A stretch of 64,000 nt of DNA. Source: Azolla caroliniana. Taxonomy: Eukaryota > Plantae > Polypodiophyta. How positions within the stretch are numbered: position 1 is the first letter of the stretch; the number at the start of each line of letters is the position of its first letter. A program made the position numbers and the translations under genes. Of the stretch, positions 36,879 through 50,760 are shown in pieces. The notes under the pieces are model-generated. The model was not told the DNA's origin. It ran no database searches and saw nothing but the letters and a program-made list of their open reading frames with translations. The stretch is from positions 3,534,001 to 3,598,000 of the forward strand of contig JBHGNT010000005.1 of assembly GCA_043228905.1 (NCBI GenBank), in the 5' to 3' direction.

Positions 36879-38537
36879 TCAGCATGCATACACATTGGAC
36901 ATAAAGACATAGGATGCAGCATCCTTGTCATCCAATAGCTCTAATTCACCAAAAGCTTGCCTTCCGAGCTCTGTATTGCCCCACTTCCGACAAGCACCTA
37001 GGACAGTAAGCCATATACCCTTATCAGGATGAAATGGTGCTTCTTTAATCATCAGTATTGCAGCATCCAACTGACCTGCACGTGCAAGGAGATCAACCAT
37101 GCAAGCATAGTGCTCTAATATTGGAATTATACCATAGTTCTCCCACATGGCTTCAAAGTATTTCCATCCATCATCTACCAAGCCCCCATGGCTACAAGCA
37201 CAAAGAATACTAAGAAACCCAACCTGGTTGGGTTTTTTGTCTTCATTTATCATTTTCTCAAAAATGCGAAAGACATTCTCAATTTCACCTAGTTGTGCAA
37301 CCCCTACCATCAATGTGGTCCATGTGATTTCATCCCGAACTGGGAGTTTCTGAAAAACATATTCTGCTCTCTCAAGCAACCCAAATTTCGCATACATGTC
37401 AATTAATACACTACCAAGGACAACATCCTCCTTAAGTAAACCATTTCTTTCAATCTCGGCATGCAATTCTATGCCAGTATCCATAGCCACAATGCTGGTG
37501 CAAGCTTTCAATACACTAGAGAATGTGAGCATATCAGGAGAAATGTTCTCACTATGCATTTGCCTGTAACAAGAGATTGCTTCATTACCATAGTCATTGT
37601 CAGCATAGCCTGCAATAAGTGCATTCCAAGATACAATATCGCGATTAGGCAGCTTATGAATCACATTGTGGGCATCAGCTAGCATACCACATTTAGCATA
37701 CATATCAATCAATGCATTGCCAACGAACTGGTTTGTAGCCACAAACCCCAGTTTTTCAATCTCAGCATGTATTGCTTCACCAATATTCACAGATCCAAGC
37801 TTAGCGCATGCTTTTAGCCCACAAACATATGTGACCACATTTGGCGAAATGCCCATCGTTTGCATTCGGGTAAGATGATTTAAAGCTTCTTCATACTGTT
37901 CGTGTTGGATATATCCCCCAATCAAAGCAGTCCAGGTAACCACGTCTCGAAAAGGAAGCTCGTGAAACACATCAATGGCCTTCTCTATGTGACCACATTT
38001 GGCATACATATCTACCAAAGCACTGCCAAGAGAAGGATGAGTTTCTAATAATCCTGTGAAGTGGACCATGGCATGTAGATCCTTACCCTTATGAATGGCT
38101 TTGATGCTACTGCATGCTTTTAAGCTGCACGTATACGTGACAAAATTCGGAGCAATGCCTTGATGCTTCATATGCTCAACATAAACAAGTGATGCTTGAC
38201 CATGTTCAAGTTGTGCATATCCTGCAATGAGGGCTGTCCATGTGACAACATCTGGTTCCGGAAGCATTTCAAACACTTCTTTTGCTTCTTGAAGAAGGCC
38301 ACATTTGGCATACATATCCACCAACGCACAACCAAGGAAAGGATCTGTTCTTAGCAGACCTCTATCTGCAATTTCAGCATGTAATTCTCTGCCCCTGTCA
38401 CCGTCTCTTAACTTGGAGCAGGTTCTGAGAAGGTCCAGGAGACCCAAGTTCCCATCATGAAGAAAATCATCATGGATCTTGTGACACGTGTGAAAGCTTC
38501 TTCTGCTTGCATTTCCTGGCACATGAGGAGAAGCCAT
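36879..38537 (-). CDS. PLS-class pentatricopeptide repeat protein ending in a partial E domain (no DYW)
   Basis: Repeated P-L-S triplets (ALVDMYAKCG...DVVTWTALI.GY...PNxVTY), then CSHGGLVDDG, HYACMVDLLARAG and WLTVLGACRKWGN...SYVFMSNVYAC*. Intronless; first in-frame ATG at 38537. Confidence 0.9.
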   Translation of the reverse strand: MASPHVPGNASRRSFHTCHKIHDDFLHDGNLGLLDLLRTCSKLRDGDRGRELHAEIADRGLLRTDPFLGCALVDMYAKCGLLQEAKEVFEMLPEPDVVTWTALIAGYAQLEHGQASLVYVEHMKHQGIAPNFVTYTCSLKACSSIKAIHKGKDLHAMVHFTGLLETHPSLGSALVDMYAKCGHIEKAIDVFHELPFRDVVTWTALIGGYIQHEQYEEALNHLTRMQTMGISPNVVTYVCGLKACAKLGSVNIGEAIHAEIEKLGFVATNQFVGNALIDMYAKCGMLADAHNVIHKLPNRDIVSWNALIAGYADNDYGNEAISCYRQMHSENISPDMLTFSSVLKACTSIVAMDTGIELHAEIERNGLLKEDVVLGSVLIDMYAKFGLLERAEYVFQKLPVRDEITWTTLMVGVAQLGEIENVFRIFEKMINEDKKPNQVGFLSILCACSHGGLVDDGWKYFEAMWENYGIIPILEHYACMVDLLARAGQLDAAILMIKEAPFHPDKGIWLTVLGACRKWGNTELGRQAFGELELLDDKDAASYVFMSNVYAC

Positions 38538-39990
38538 TGCTGCTGGGGGAGAAATCACATGGCCAACCGAAAGGACTGTTGGCCCTGTCCTACCTTGGGA
38601 TATGTATGATTCTGGTCGACCAAGTTTTCCTAACCTATGCTCAGCAATCTGTTGACCCAAATCTTAATAAGTATTACTTCATCCTCTAGACGCTTCATTT
38701 CGTCTCGTTTAGTTTGTGAGAGCAGATAGCTTCTCCCGACCCCTATGCAGTGTGGTGTTTCGGAATTGCAGGTTAAATAGGGAGCTTGTAGATGCCATCA
38801 TAGGTACTTGCATGATTGAAGTGACAAGAAACACTTTAAAGTTTTAAAATTTAAACTATGGTATGGATTTGTCCATCATATGAGCAGCAAATGATCAAGG
38901 TATGTAGTGCATGTGAAGGATGTTGTTGATCAAGCATTGACAGACGAAGGTACATTGTGCATGAGAAAATTATGAGGGCATTGAAGTACATGCAATGATT
39001 GATAGTTGGTTGTTTTTGTCCACCATTGATGCTTAAAACTTTGTTATTATTGTGTAGATGTGGATCAATAAATGGGAATTTTGTGATATTAATAGGAAAG
39101 ACTTTCCACCAAGGGCACTCATAAGCTTCAAGTATAAGGCACAAGCAAGTTGGACAAATGTTGTTTCAACACATAGTCCTCATCTCATCACAATCATTGT
39201 TACACTAATGAAAAAAACCAATATAAAAGCTTTGTTTCTTGAGAACGATGAATAACAAGGCAACTTATTTTACTTTGTTTGCTGAAGTCGCCCTTGATTT
39301 AGAAGTTTTGATCTACCACTATGATTTGGTAGAAGTACACTCTTTTTACAGTGTGCATGTTCCCACCACGACACCACATTGGTGATGTTTTACATTTTTG
39401 TGTTGTTGAATCTGACACAACTATAAATCTTAAATGTTTCAGCACAAGTCTAACATATGATTATTGAAACTTTTTCAAAGAGAGTAACATTTTAGTGCAA
39501 GGTACTGTAAAACAACTATTGAGAACATTTAATTGGAGGTTCCATTTTCTGCATCCTCAAATCCTAACATAATACGAAGTCAAACATCTAAGGTCTAAGG
39601 TCTACACAAATATTATAAGCATGTAACCCACAATATTCTCTACAGTAAAACAAAAGGTATCTTGCAAAAGATCCACTTTCTAAAAACTGAAACCTCATCA
39701 CGTAAACATTTTTTCGTTAAATCAATTGCAAGGGCATGTAATAATTTTACCAATGTTCAATGTAAACAATGATGACATCTCATTTGGGCTTGGTCTGTAC
39801 CAGTTTCCCTTTCTATGTGCTAATGGAAAATATAAAATAAAAAAATGACATATATTACAAGACAATTTCTTTGTTAATGCGAGCTCTTTTTTTAAGAGTT
39901 TTCCTTGGTCAATATTGGAAGTATTTTCATGAAACTTTGTTTGTAGATCTAAGCACTTCTCACTTATGAATTGAATGTCATTTCAGCTAA

Positions 39991-42941
39991 TCAAGACATT
40001 TTACAGCCATCCACACCATTCGTCATGTTCATAAGATAGTTGGTTCTAAATATTACATCATCCTTAATAAAACTCCACCAAATGTGAGTGAGGGGGATTG
40101 TGACAGCATGCCAGATGGAATGTGCATCAAAAATATCCCAAATTGGAGGAAAATCAAAGATCTCTAAGAGCATACCTAATGCACTAGCAATGACCACAAA
40201 CCAAAGCCTATATCTCCCGGGATGCTGTGTGAACCAGCCCCAAAGAGTCCAAAGTAGGAGCTGTATCACTCCCATGCCAATGCAAACCTTCATGTTTAAA
40301 CCTGACCAAAGACAGCATACACACTTTTAGATTTCATTGACCAAAAACCAATTATTTCTCTTTACTCTTTACAAGACAACTCCAACCATCCATATAAATT
40401 TATAATGATGTGCACAAAAATGCACTTAGAGAGATGATAGTAACCAAATAGATGTATCACATGCCTTGCAGATGGTGATACAGCAGAATATTTCTGCTAA
40501 TCCTTTAGAATACAAATATCAAAAATATTTATTCTTTTATTTCAACCTTTGGATTGTGGGCAGTGAATTTGTGAAGTCAACTTTTAAGGACAAAGTGTTC
40601 GTTAACTATTAGTATTAATTAAAAGATTGCCTCTATTGATTGTAAACGCGATGAGTTCAAAATAGTGTAAAAAATATGTAAATAAGAAACCCAGAAAGTT
40701 CACTGTGTTAGTGAAAATAAATTTGTGATAGCACAATCTCTTATTTTCTGAAATACAAAGCAAAAAGCTTAGTTACATAGAAGTTCAAAAGCTAGGCATA
40801 CTATACAATAAGATTATACAGACATTATCGAAGAGAGGATTAACAGCACGTACCATAGTCAAATTTGTAAAAATTGAGATATATCACATGGCCACAAACA
40901 AACATTGCAATTGGCACAGCCACCATCATTTGCACCGCCACAAATCGTAGTTCTAATGTCCTGATAATTGCAACAATGAGCGTATAACCAATAATAACAG
41001 CAGCTGATAAGTAGTCCATTCTCTCTGTAATCAATACATCCCTGTAGAAAAACGAATCCCAGATAAGCCTTCATATTTGTAACTTTTCAACCATGGACAT
41101 TGTATAACAAGTTGGCTTACCTTGAATGGAAAATAGTGCTCCAAAGCCAGGAGTTTATGGACAGAATCCCATATAAGATCCATAGTGTACTGTATTCGTA
41201 GTAAGGACTCTTCTTTCCTTGTATTCTTTGTGGCAATTTTGAAGAAATCAAGTCCAAGAAAGAAACCAACCCCACTAGATGCATAGCCAGATTTCCAATT
41301 GAGAAAACTACGGATGCAGGTTCCTGAACAAATATTATTTAGAGACAATAAGTTTTTGTTTTGACTTTCTATTTACAAAGCTATGCTTTGAAGCATAAAC
41401 AAATGAATATTCTTGAATTATGGTTCACTCCCACTAGAGAATGCACTAACTAATTGCAGCTTGAAATTATCGATTGTATACCACTAAATTCACCTTTTTT
41501 AACTGACAATAACATTCTTCAAACATATAAAACCAATAACGTTTCTAAAATGCCAGATAATATCACCTGAAGGTCAGGTATTGCCCACAGAAATGTGTGC
41601 AGGCATCAATTTTCTTGAATGGATCTCCCTTATTATTTAGTAAGGACCAGTTCTATGGACTTACCAGAGATACATGCAATAGAACAACTTGTATGACTCG
41701 ACACAAACCTGGAGTTTAAAGAATCGTTTGAATGGCCATTTCCCATGATACTGTACTGGTTGTAGCCCTTCCAACTGCCTTTCTGATTCTCTCTGAATCA
41801 TGCACTGGTACTCACATTCACTCGCACAATCCCACATTTTCCAATCCAATAATTGCAGCCCCATAAACACAACATAGCTACTAACATTCTGGAGTCCATC
41901 AGTTGTAGCCATCTGTCTACAATTTGAAAAGCACGTAGAGTTTATACAGCCAGTTCTTTGGCATTCTTCAGCACAAAACCTACAAGGTACATTCAGCACA
42001 TGAGGCCTATACAAATTATTACATAGATTATAGAGTTCTGTATGATGTAATCACGTTAAACCAGAAGTTTTACAATAAAAATAAAATAACAACACACATA
42101 CACACATACACACAAGGCACTGAATACAGCAGGAAAGCATGTATTAGATAGCTTAAACACTTTTCACGACTACTCTAGGGACATACCTCCTTGATAAAAT
42201 GTCTATCTTAACTCTATCTAATGAAAAAAACTGTTTTTCACATCTCTTGGATGTTCTTTAATGCTCGTGTATTTATGCTAGTATAGACAAAGTTATCATA
42301 TTTACATGTTTCATCAATGCGAAAGAGTAGGTGTAGGCTCACGAGAAAATTATCCAACCAGATTTCTATCGCATCCCAGCATGTGATGAGCACATTATGA
42401 AGGCTAGCAGCAAAAAAGAAAAAGAAAAACGTGCATCAATATAATAATAAAAGATCACCCACAAAAACAGGAAAAAAATCTATGCCCATAACAAAATCAC
42501 TGCTGATTGCCGGAGTATCCTTTTCACGCAGGAAAAATAACAGGAATTTTATAATAATAAGTCCATTTTTGTTCCATTATTAATATTTCCAAAAGGCAGA
42601 GTTCGAAGTGAGAAGAAGAAATCCAACACTTCACACCAACATATAGAAGCTTTCTACTTTGTCAATTTTCGTGATATTACCTAGATCTATAGCATACGTT
42701 AAGGCTAAAATTAGATCAAAACAAATAGAAATAAAGATTCTACAGACATATTATTGGCAGAAATATATTTTAAAGAATAGATATACAACCTAAATTAGGA
42801 AGAGACAAACAGAATATGAGGAACCCATTTCGACATAGATTACCTGAATTTGGTATCGCCATCGCCAGCACTTCCATGAGTGACTGTTCCAAGAAAAGCC
42901 CACATCGTCCAGAGACAAATAAACACAGAAAGGATGCCCAT
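39991..42941 (-). CDS. PGAP3: Post-GPI attachment to proteins factor 3 (Per1/PGAP3 family), 5 exons
   Basis: Exons 42941-42844, 41979-41709, 41323-41121, 41041-40854 and 40301-39991. Signal peptide, then SAGDGD..FRFC, WDCASECEYQCM, QYHGKWPFKRF..LQEPASVVFS, WSTIFHSRD, FDYGLNMKVC and EIFDFPP..DAHSIWH. Confidence 0.93.
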
Positions 42942-43499
42942 CGGCAGAGAGAAGAATTTTTGAAAAAACCAATCTCGCAAGAAAGATATTCTTCCTTGTC
43001 ATAATTATTATAAGCGAAGAAAACATATTGCAAATACTACCCCTGAGATTTCCTTTTATCTCCTGGAATGCCCTCTTTAGTACCACCCTCACTCTTTGAG
43101 GACTCATATTGCTGCCCTAAGTCATTCTCGTTTTCTCTTAGTCCATCAGCATTCCGAGGAAATAATGCAAAACCTTTACAACACAATTGAGGAATATTAA
43201 GAGAAACTCGAGGATATTTCAGACCTCGTCCTTCTCGACAATTTTGAGGAACTCCTTGACAAATAAGAAGACTGATAATTCTGAGGTGGTTTTTGACACC
43301 TAGAAACTCGTATATATTCCTTGAAGTTTTTTTCTCTATTGTCCCATCATTTCTCAATTGCTTCGTCAAGTAATCATAAGTTTTTAATATGGTTACATCA
43401 TCCCTTCTACAAGACATGGGCATATGTGCATGAGAAGAATAAGTAAGAATTAGATGTTCAGGTAGACCAAGGAGGATATCATAGATAACCACAAGCACC

Positions 43500-45010
43500 A
43501 TTTGTTAAAGCATGGGAGCACACTCTCTTGTACCCTCTTTATACTCTAAGCCAACAAGGTAGCAAACAATGGAATCCATATATATTAGATCAACCCCACT
43601 TGCATTCTTTGATATATTGGTGACATTATAGTCTTGGTCTCTAAATGATGTACTAGCCTACAACATCATCTCAATTCCATTGATGGATTTTGCATATAAC
43701 AATGCCTCACAATGGATTTTGCACTTGATAATCACAACAACAAACATTGAACTTGACCACTCAGGCTTCCTCATGGCTGGATGAAGGGAGCATACGTTAG
43801 TTTGTTACTTTCCTCTTTAAAGAACACCTCGTCATTTGGGTTAATGTCATATTGGTGGTGTTGTACCAAAAACAAGTCATCTTTCATGTGGATTTTGTAT
43901 TGATAAAATTTGGGGTCAAATCCTTGGATATCTTTGTAGGACCAAAAAAAGGAGCATACATTAGTTTGTTACCTTCCTCTTTAAAGAACATCGCGTCATT
44001 CGGGCAATGTCATATTGGTGGTGTTGTACCTAAAACAAGTTATCTTTCATGTGGAATTTGTATTGATAAAATTTGGGGTCAAATCCTTGGATATCTTTAT
44101 AGGACCCAAAAAAGGAGCATATGTTAGTGTTACCTTCCTCTTTAAAGAACACCTCGTCATTCGGGTTAATGTCATATTGGTGGTGTTGTACCAAAAACAA
44201 GTCATCTTTCACGTGGATTTTGTATCGATAAAATTTGGGGTCAAATCCTTGGATATCTTTGTAGGACCAAAAAATGTCTTTGTACTTGCCCATAAAGTCG
44301 ATAAGGCCATAGAGAAAATGAGTTAGTAAGGCCTTGTAAATTTGTCAACTAATTACGATATGAAATCCATCGTTGGATTTAGTCCTTGGAGATCGGTTTC
44401 ACATGTTGGTCCTAGAATTTCACCAATTCTACATAGTCACTTGGGTATCATGGTCATGGCAAGTGTGGAAACTTAGGAAGAATAGTCATAAGAGACAAAA
44501 CAATTGATTGGTCTATAGGGATGACCTTATGGTGATCTATCAAGTAAGCATGGAGGTTAATAATGACAATACCTTGACTACATTGATGCTCTTGACAGGC
44601 AACAAGGTCATTGATCGTGTACACTTTTGATAGGTTCTATCATCATAGGGAGTTTTAACTTTGTCTTCCCTTAACGGAATGGGATCACACTCTATGTCAA
44701 ATTCCGTTGAATTCGAATCATCAGGAGTTTTCATCCAAAATGGGAGAGTAAATATTCATGTGGCTAACCCATTCATGACCTTGTTAAGAGGTTTATTAGT
44801 CCCTCTTCGACCAAGCCTCATTTGTACAACATTATCATTGGGTGTTGACATGGATCACATTGATCATGCAAAGTCCCAAGAAAGTTTTTTTGTTGATCCC
44901 TTTTCCCTTGTACATTTATTTTCTCCTTTGACCTGTTGGTCGTCCCTTCAATTGCGCATCCATACAAGAAATATTCTTTTTCACCTTTGATACAAAAAGA
45001 GTAGGTGCAC
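43500..45010 (-). mobile_element. Degenerate Ty3/gypsy pol remnant including a triplicated ~163 bp RT N-terminal segment
   Basis: Minus-strand YKDIFWSYKDIQGFDPKFYRYKIHVKDD...QYDINPN...KEE resembles the gypsy RT 'DVFAWSYxDxxGIDPxxxxHKI' region. The unit is repeated at ~43788, ~43954 and ~44114. Confidence 0.7.
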
Positions 45011-45859
45011 ATTTGATGTCGAAAATAGGCGCCTCTTGCTCTATAAAAAGAGGAGAAGAGGGGTTATTTTCAGTCACTCATTTTGGATTTTGAGAGTGCA
45101 CCATTTCTAAGTTTCGGGTTTTAAGAGTGTTTTTTCTTCTTCTTCTTCTTCTTCTTAATATTCTTCAAGTATCATTGTGTGTCTTCTTTGTTACTTCTTG
45201 AGTGGTTTAGGTTTTGGAGCTCTTGTTCATATTATTCTTCTTGGTCTTAGGGTTTGGTTCATTGTGAGAGCTAGAATGGAGTTGAACCACTTCTCCACAT
45301 TTTTTTATTCTGGTAAGGTGAGGGTGAGAGAAAAGACTTAAAATTGCCGTTTTTGTTATAACCATCGTATTCATGGTGTTGTATTTGGTGAACCCTAATT
45401 TATAAAGAGCTTTCTTGTATAATCGATTGTATTTGTTCTTAATCAAGTGAATGTTGTGTTAATAGGGTGTAATTAATGCCAATCTCGTGTTTATTGTTCA
45501 AAGTGCCACTGTACAATCCATTGAAAAACAATAATGCATCCTCAATAGAAATCAACTTCATTCAATGTTGTGGTCCAATTATTGTGTTATATTGTTAACT
45601 ACTAATTTGTCCTGTGTTAGTGCATAAAGGTAATGCTTAATTGTTGCATAACCTCTTATTTCAAGCAACTTAACATCTTCAAATCATGCATTGACAATGG
45701 ATCTAAACTTTCCTAAACTTCATCAAGCATTAACTTCATTCAAAATTGTGATCAAATCGTACTCTTTATTCAAAGTCAATAAGCATCCAGAATAAAACTC
45801 AATTTCATTCAACATTGTGGTCCCAACTCTTGCATTTTATTGAAAAACACTAGTAGATC

Positions 45860-46411
45860 TAGCAATGGGCGCGATTCGGTTTCGGTTTGGTTCGGTTTCA
45901 AGGCAAAGTAACCAAACCGAACTGTTTATATAAAACAAAAACCAAACCAAACCGTTTATGAACTCTCATGTATTTAAACGAAACGATTTAAACCCAAACC
46001 AAACAAACCGTTTAAGGGAAAGTTGAAACCAAACCGAACCATTTAATAAAAAATTTAAGTCAAACTAATTAAACATTTAAATAAACAAATATACATTAAA
46101 TTAAATAAGCATTTAAGTTAAATTTATTAAATCAATAAAAGAAACTTTGATTGAACCATTAAATTGAATAAACATTTAAGTTAAATTAATTAAATCATTA
46201 ATTAAACCGTTAAATTAAAAAACTATTTACGTAATAAAAAAAAGTTAACCATAAACCTTTAAAGCAAACCTATAAACCCAAGTTTTAGAACCGAACTGAA
46301 ATCAAACCGTTTATAAAAAAATCAAACCATTAATTTTTTTTGGGAACCAATACACCGTTAAACCATGTTAACAACTTGGTTTGGTTTGAGCCGAAACCAT
46401 GCCCATTGCTA
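45860..46411. mobile_element. hAT-family MITE
   Basis: TIR TAGCAATGGGC...GCCCATTGCTA; 8-bp TSD agtagatc/aatagatc (1 mismatch); subterminal AAACCG/CGGTT repeats. Confidence 0.88.
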
Positions 46412-46671
46412 AATAGATCCACCATGCATCTCAACTTCAATCAACAATCAACAACGTTGTCCAATTCCAATATTAAGTGAAAATCACAAATACATCCACA
46501 ATAGATATCAACTTTCCTCGAGCACTTCGATGAACAATGTGGTCCCAATTCCTATGCTTTATTGAAAATCACAAATACATCCATCATATAAATCTCAACT
46601 ATGATAAAGGGGATGGTGATATATTCCTATGCTTTATTCAAAATTCCTATGATGTGAAAATGAAACGAATA

Positions 46672-47556
46672 TCAAAGAAGCACAAGCATAGTAGAGATGG
46701 ACAAAACTAAGGTGACAAAACTGGAAGGGAAGAAGAGGGGGAAGGTGGAGCTTGGCGATGGTGAGGAATTGATGGAGGAGGAGCTCGGAGGGGTGTTCGG
46801 AGTAGTGGTCGAGGAGGAATTCGAGGACAACGTTGTCACCGACACTTTCATGCCGCTAGTACAATGGCCCGAAATCGAGCAAATGTAGTACGTGGTGCCG
46901 GGTGTCGTTAATGGAATGGTGACGGGGTTGCTCGTGTAGGGCGAGGATGACGAAGTGCATGCATCATACTCGGGGGCGGTAGTAGTGACCACATCATGGT
47001 TACCCGTCCAAGTGAACACTACACCAATAACATTGGTAACAATTAAGCAATGATGTGAAGCAAGATAAAAAACATGGGATGGAAGTAAGTTAGAAAGATA
47101 GAAGGAAAATTGAAGAGGTCTTATCAATACATAATACATATATGTATATAGTGGCGTACAATACACATTAACATGCATGCATGCAATACATAACTCTACA
47201 TACGTACAATACATACTACTACATAGTGAACATAGTTAGGGGTACCCACCTAGGTTGTCGCCCACGTAGAAAGTGTTGGCAGAAGCCCAAGTGTCATAAT
47301 CCACGCCCAGATCCCATCGATTGGTTGAGCCCCCCACCGTGTGATCGGTGGCTCCCACCATTACTGCTCCTGTTGATCCCCCACCTCCATTACAATCGAA
47401 CTTGGAATCGCTGCTCCATAGAGTCAAGAGCAAGAAGGAAGAGTAACAGTAGAAGAAGAAGAGACACCTGTTGCTCTTGTTCGTCGTGGCGTACGCCCCA
47501 GCACTGCCTCTTCCCTGCCTTATCCCTGATTCCATCATTCTCTTCGCCACCACCAT
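46672..47556 (-). CDS. Phytocyanin (uclacyanin-like blue copper protein) with Ser/Pro/Thr tail and GPI signal, 2 exons
   Basis: Exons 47556-47250 and 47018-46672: HTVGGSTNRWD..YDTWASANTFYVGDNL|VFTWTGNHDV..YDAC..YYICSISGHCTSGMKVSV. All four Cu ligands (H, C, H, M) are present, and the C-terminus is hydrophobic. Start Met uncertain. Confidence 0.9.
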
Positions 47557-47623
47557 GACCACTTCCCTGTAACAGTTTTTTTCCCCCTCTTAAAACAGCT
47601 TTGTGGATGGATATCACTCGCGC

Positions 47624-47627
<4 letters not shown>

Positions 47628-47661
<34 letters not shown>

Positions 47662-47841
47662 ATATATATACATACATATTACATGTAGAGATAGGGAAAT
47701 CTTCTTCTCTCCTGACCATTCAATGACACGCCGACAGACAGAAGTACATAAAGCATATATGTATTCTTCTTCTTCACTCCTTTGACCCTTCAACAGAATG
47801 GAGAGAGGGAGAATGTGCGTGTGTGTGTGTGACCCTTCAAC

Positions 47842-47890
<49 letters not shown>

Positions 47891-48062
47891 TGTGTGTGTG
47901 TGTGTGTGTGTGTCTGTGCGCGTGCGCGCGTGGGTGTGGATTTACTCCTTAATAGGCGATTCGGTAGAATAGAAACTCGTGCAGACTTTGATGTGCTTAT
48001 GTCACATGTGTATGTGTATTAGAGAGAGAGAGAGAGAGTGTGTGTGTGTGTGTGTGTGTGTT
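47628..48062. repeat. Compound (CT)n/(AG)n/(GT)n microsatellites in the phytocyanin upstream region
   Basis: Long ag and gt dinucleotide runs at 47845-47915 and 48021-48060. Confidence 0.9.
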
Positions 48063-49968
48063 TACTCCTTCGCGACAGGAGTATGGAAACTAGAACACAA
48101 TTTGATGCACGTAAGTATCCACTTTGGGGGTCCCAACAGAAGGAAAAGGAAGTCACAAGTCCAAGGATCCTTTATACTGAATTAGCGAGTATATGTCCCT
48201 CCATTTTGTTTTTGGGGCCTAGATAGGCAAACACATGTCAAGTGTCCTTAGACTTGATGAACACTTTGTGGGTTTGTTTTGCACAAGATTTCTTTTGCTT
48301 GAGAAACCTCATTACTCGGGTACCCAACTCACCAATCAAACATTTCACTAAATACCTCATATTTATTTAAACTAAATTATATTTGCTCCATGTGAATGAA
48401 TGGTGAGTCTAGATCATCGTGGAAGGGTTTCTCTCTACAACTACCCTTTTTACTCGAAACCACAGTATGACCTCCGAGTACCATTAACACCTCTTTTCTA
48501 ACTCAACAAGCTATCTAAAGGCCTCCAATGCGCTACATGAGAGTCTATCCAATGATAAAACTCTCACCCTCTTGATATAAAACCCTCTAGACAAGGGCTT
48601 CCACCACACGGGTTCCCAATTTATCACAAGCTTTGCTCTATTAATTATGGCATGTGGTATTGAGGCCTTCTTGCGTACACATGCAACACCATAAATATTT
48701 GTGATCTCTCATTTTTTGCCTATGAAACAACCAAGAGTATTTATTGCTTATGGAACAAATGCTTGTGTTATTTATGCATAAATCAGGCTTGGGTGACCAA
48801 TGCATTGAAAACCCACCCTTTTGTACGAGGATTATAGAAAATTGTCAAACGATATCTCCTCTCTAGTATAGCAAAGCATCTGTTGAAGACCATAGAGTAC
48901 AAAAGTAGAGAGTGCTTGTTTAAAGTTTCTCTTCCTTCCTTTCTTTTAATTAGATAATCTTGGAGGTAAGTTGTTAGTCTACCAACAATATCTCAACTTT
49001 CACACCTTTCTATTACACCTTAATTTCAAATAGTTGCCACTATGGAATGTGGGGGGTTGATTACATGCTTTTCTTATGTCATCACAACATGGGCAGTGGG
49101 TCATGTTGAATCATTTGTAGGCAAGATAAACACTCCATCAAAGAAAGAATTCCGCCTTGCACCAAGAAACAAAATTGCAACATTAATACTCCCTTAAACT
49201 TCCAATGTAGATACATATACTCTAACTCAAGTCCTACCACAAATACATCAACATTACGCATATCCTAATTATGATGCAATCCCCTATCTTTGATAAAGAG
49301 GAAAATGATCTATTTCTGTTATCTTGGGTTGAGTTGTGTAAATTATACAAATACTCATTGGTTTAGAATGAAATAACATAAAACTTGCCAAAATTTGAAA
49401 ATTGTTACCCCATTTGACAATTAATGAGACAATTTATCAAACAATGAGTATCATCTTCCATTTCCATAGTACAAAAGAAATAATTGTTTATTGCTAGTCC
49501 ACTTATCTATCTTTAGAGGTACAATTAGAGATAAAAGCCAACCAATACTATCGAAACGAAGACTTTTGCAAAAAGTGGCAATTTAGAAATATGTATAAAG
49601 AGTTACAACCATTCATAATCAAAGTTAAAGTTATCTACCTTCCATTTTAGTTGAACATTAGATTACTGAAGACCTTCGCTAGATATGACAATTTAGAATC
49701 TCAACTAGGTTTCAAGATTTGCCACCACTCTAATCAAAGGTTTCCATTCTAGTTCAACCTTAGATTAATGAATATGTTTACCAAAAGTGGTAATTTAGAG
49801 TGTCAATTATGTTTCAAGATTTGCCATCATTAATATTCAAAGTTATGCACATTTCATTCGTGTTCAACCTTAGATGATAGTGTATTAGCTCTAGGTGTTC
49901 TCACATAATCTCACCGAGTACATTCTTATATTTGCGTGATTAGGGTTTGACAAAATAACACTTAACAT

Positions 49969-50003
<35 letters not shown>

Positions 50004-50760
50004 GATTACAAGGAGAGAAAACTAAATATTGAAGAAGCAAAGGTCACATAGCACAAAAGTGAATTTTATAGCTTGTTTACAAAGAGATTGTCCCCTTTCA
50101 CATTGGGGCAGCCATTAAGCCTAAACCTCCAAGACCAACTTTGTTGTGTTCCGCTTTTCTTGGTTCCAAGCTTGCTCTTTACTACCAATGTCGATATCTT
50201 CGTAGGTCATACTAGGTAATACAAGTACTTAAAAGAAATAGTTATTGAAGAGACTCAATGGAGCAATGGTTATAATCAACTATGATAGTCATGTGTTTTC
50301 TTGGGCCTATGGCGATCACTTGATTTGTGAATCAACACATACTACATATGTTTAGCCCACTCCTTAAGATAATCCTCCACAATATTCCCATTTAAAAGGT
50401 GAGAAATCAGGCAATCGTATGGGTTGGATGAATGAGATGCTCATTTTGTAGCCCTATGTGATCAATGAACCTACCTAGCTACAAATGGAAAATAACTCGC
50501 TATCATGAATGAAGTGACAAAACGAAGCCACAATCATGGGTCAGGTCATTGACATATCCAGGGTTGCCTAAGGATCTCATATGACCTTTGTGTCATCATG
50601 CACAACACTCTCCTATTTGCTTCAAGACCTGTTATGCCATCAAGAAACAAACCTAATTCTGTATTTAAGTGGTTATACATCATAGACATGACTATCAGTT
50701 CTCAAAATTGAGATTATTTCTTTCTAACCTTACAAGTTTGTTGATACCAACAGCAAAAAT

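Noticed and set aside
43037-43501. 154-aa minus-strand ORF upstream of PGAP3
   Set aside because: GTG start, no motifs, and located between a TE remnant and the PGAP3 leader.
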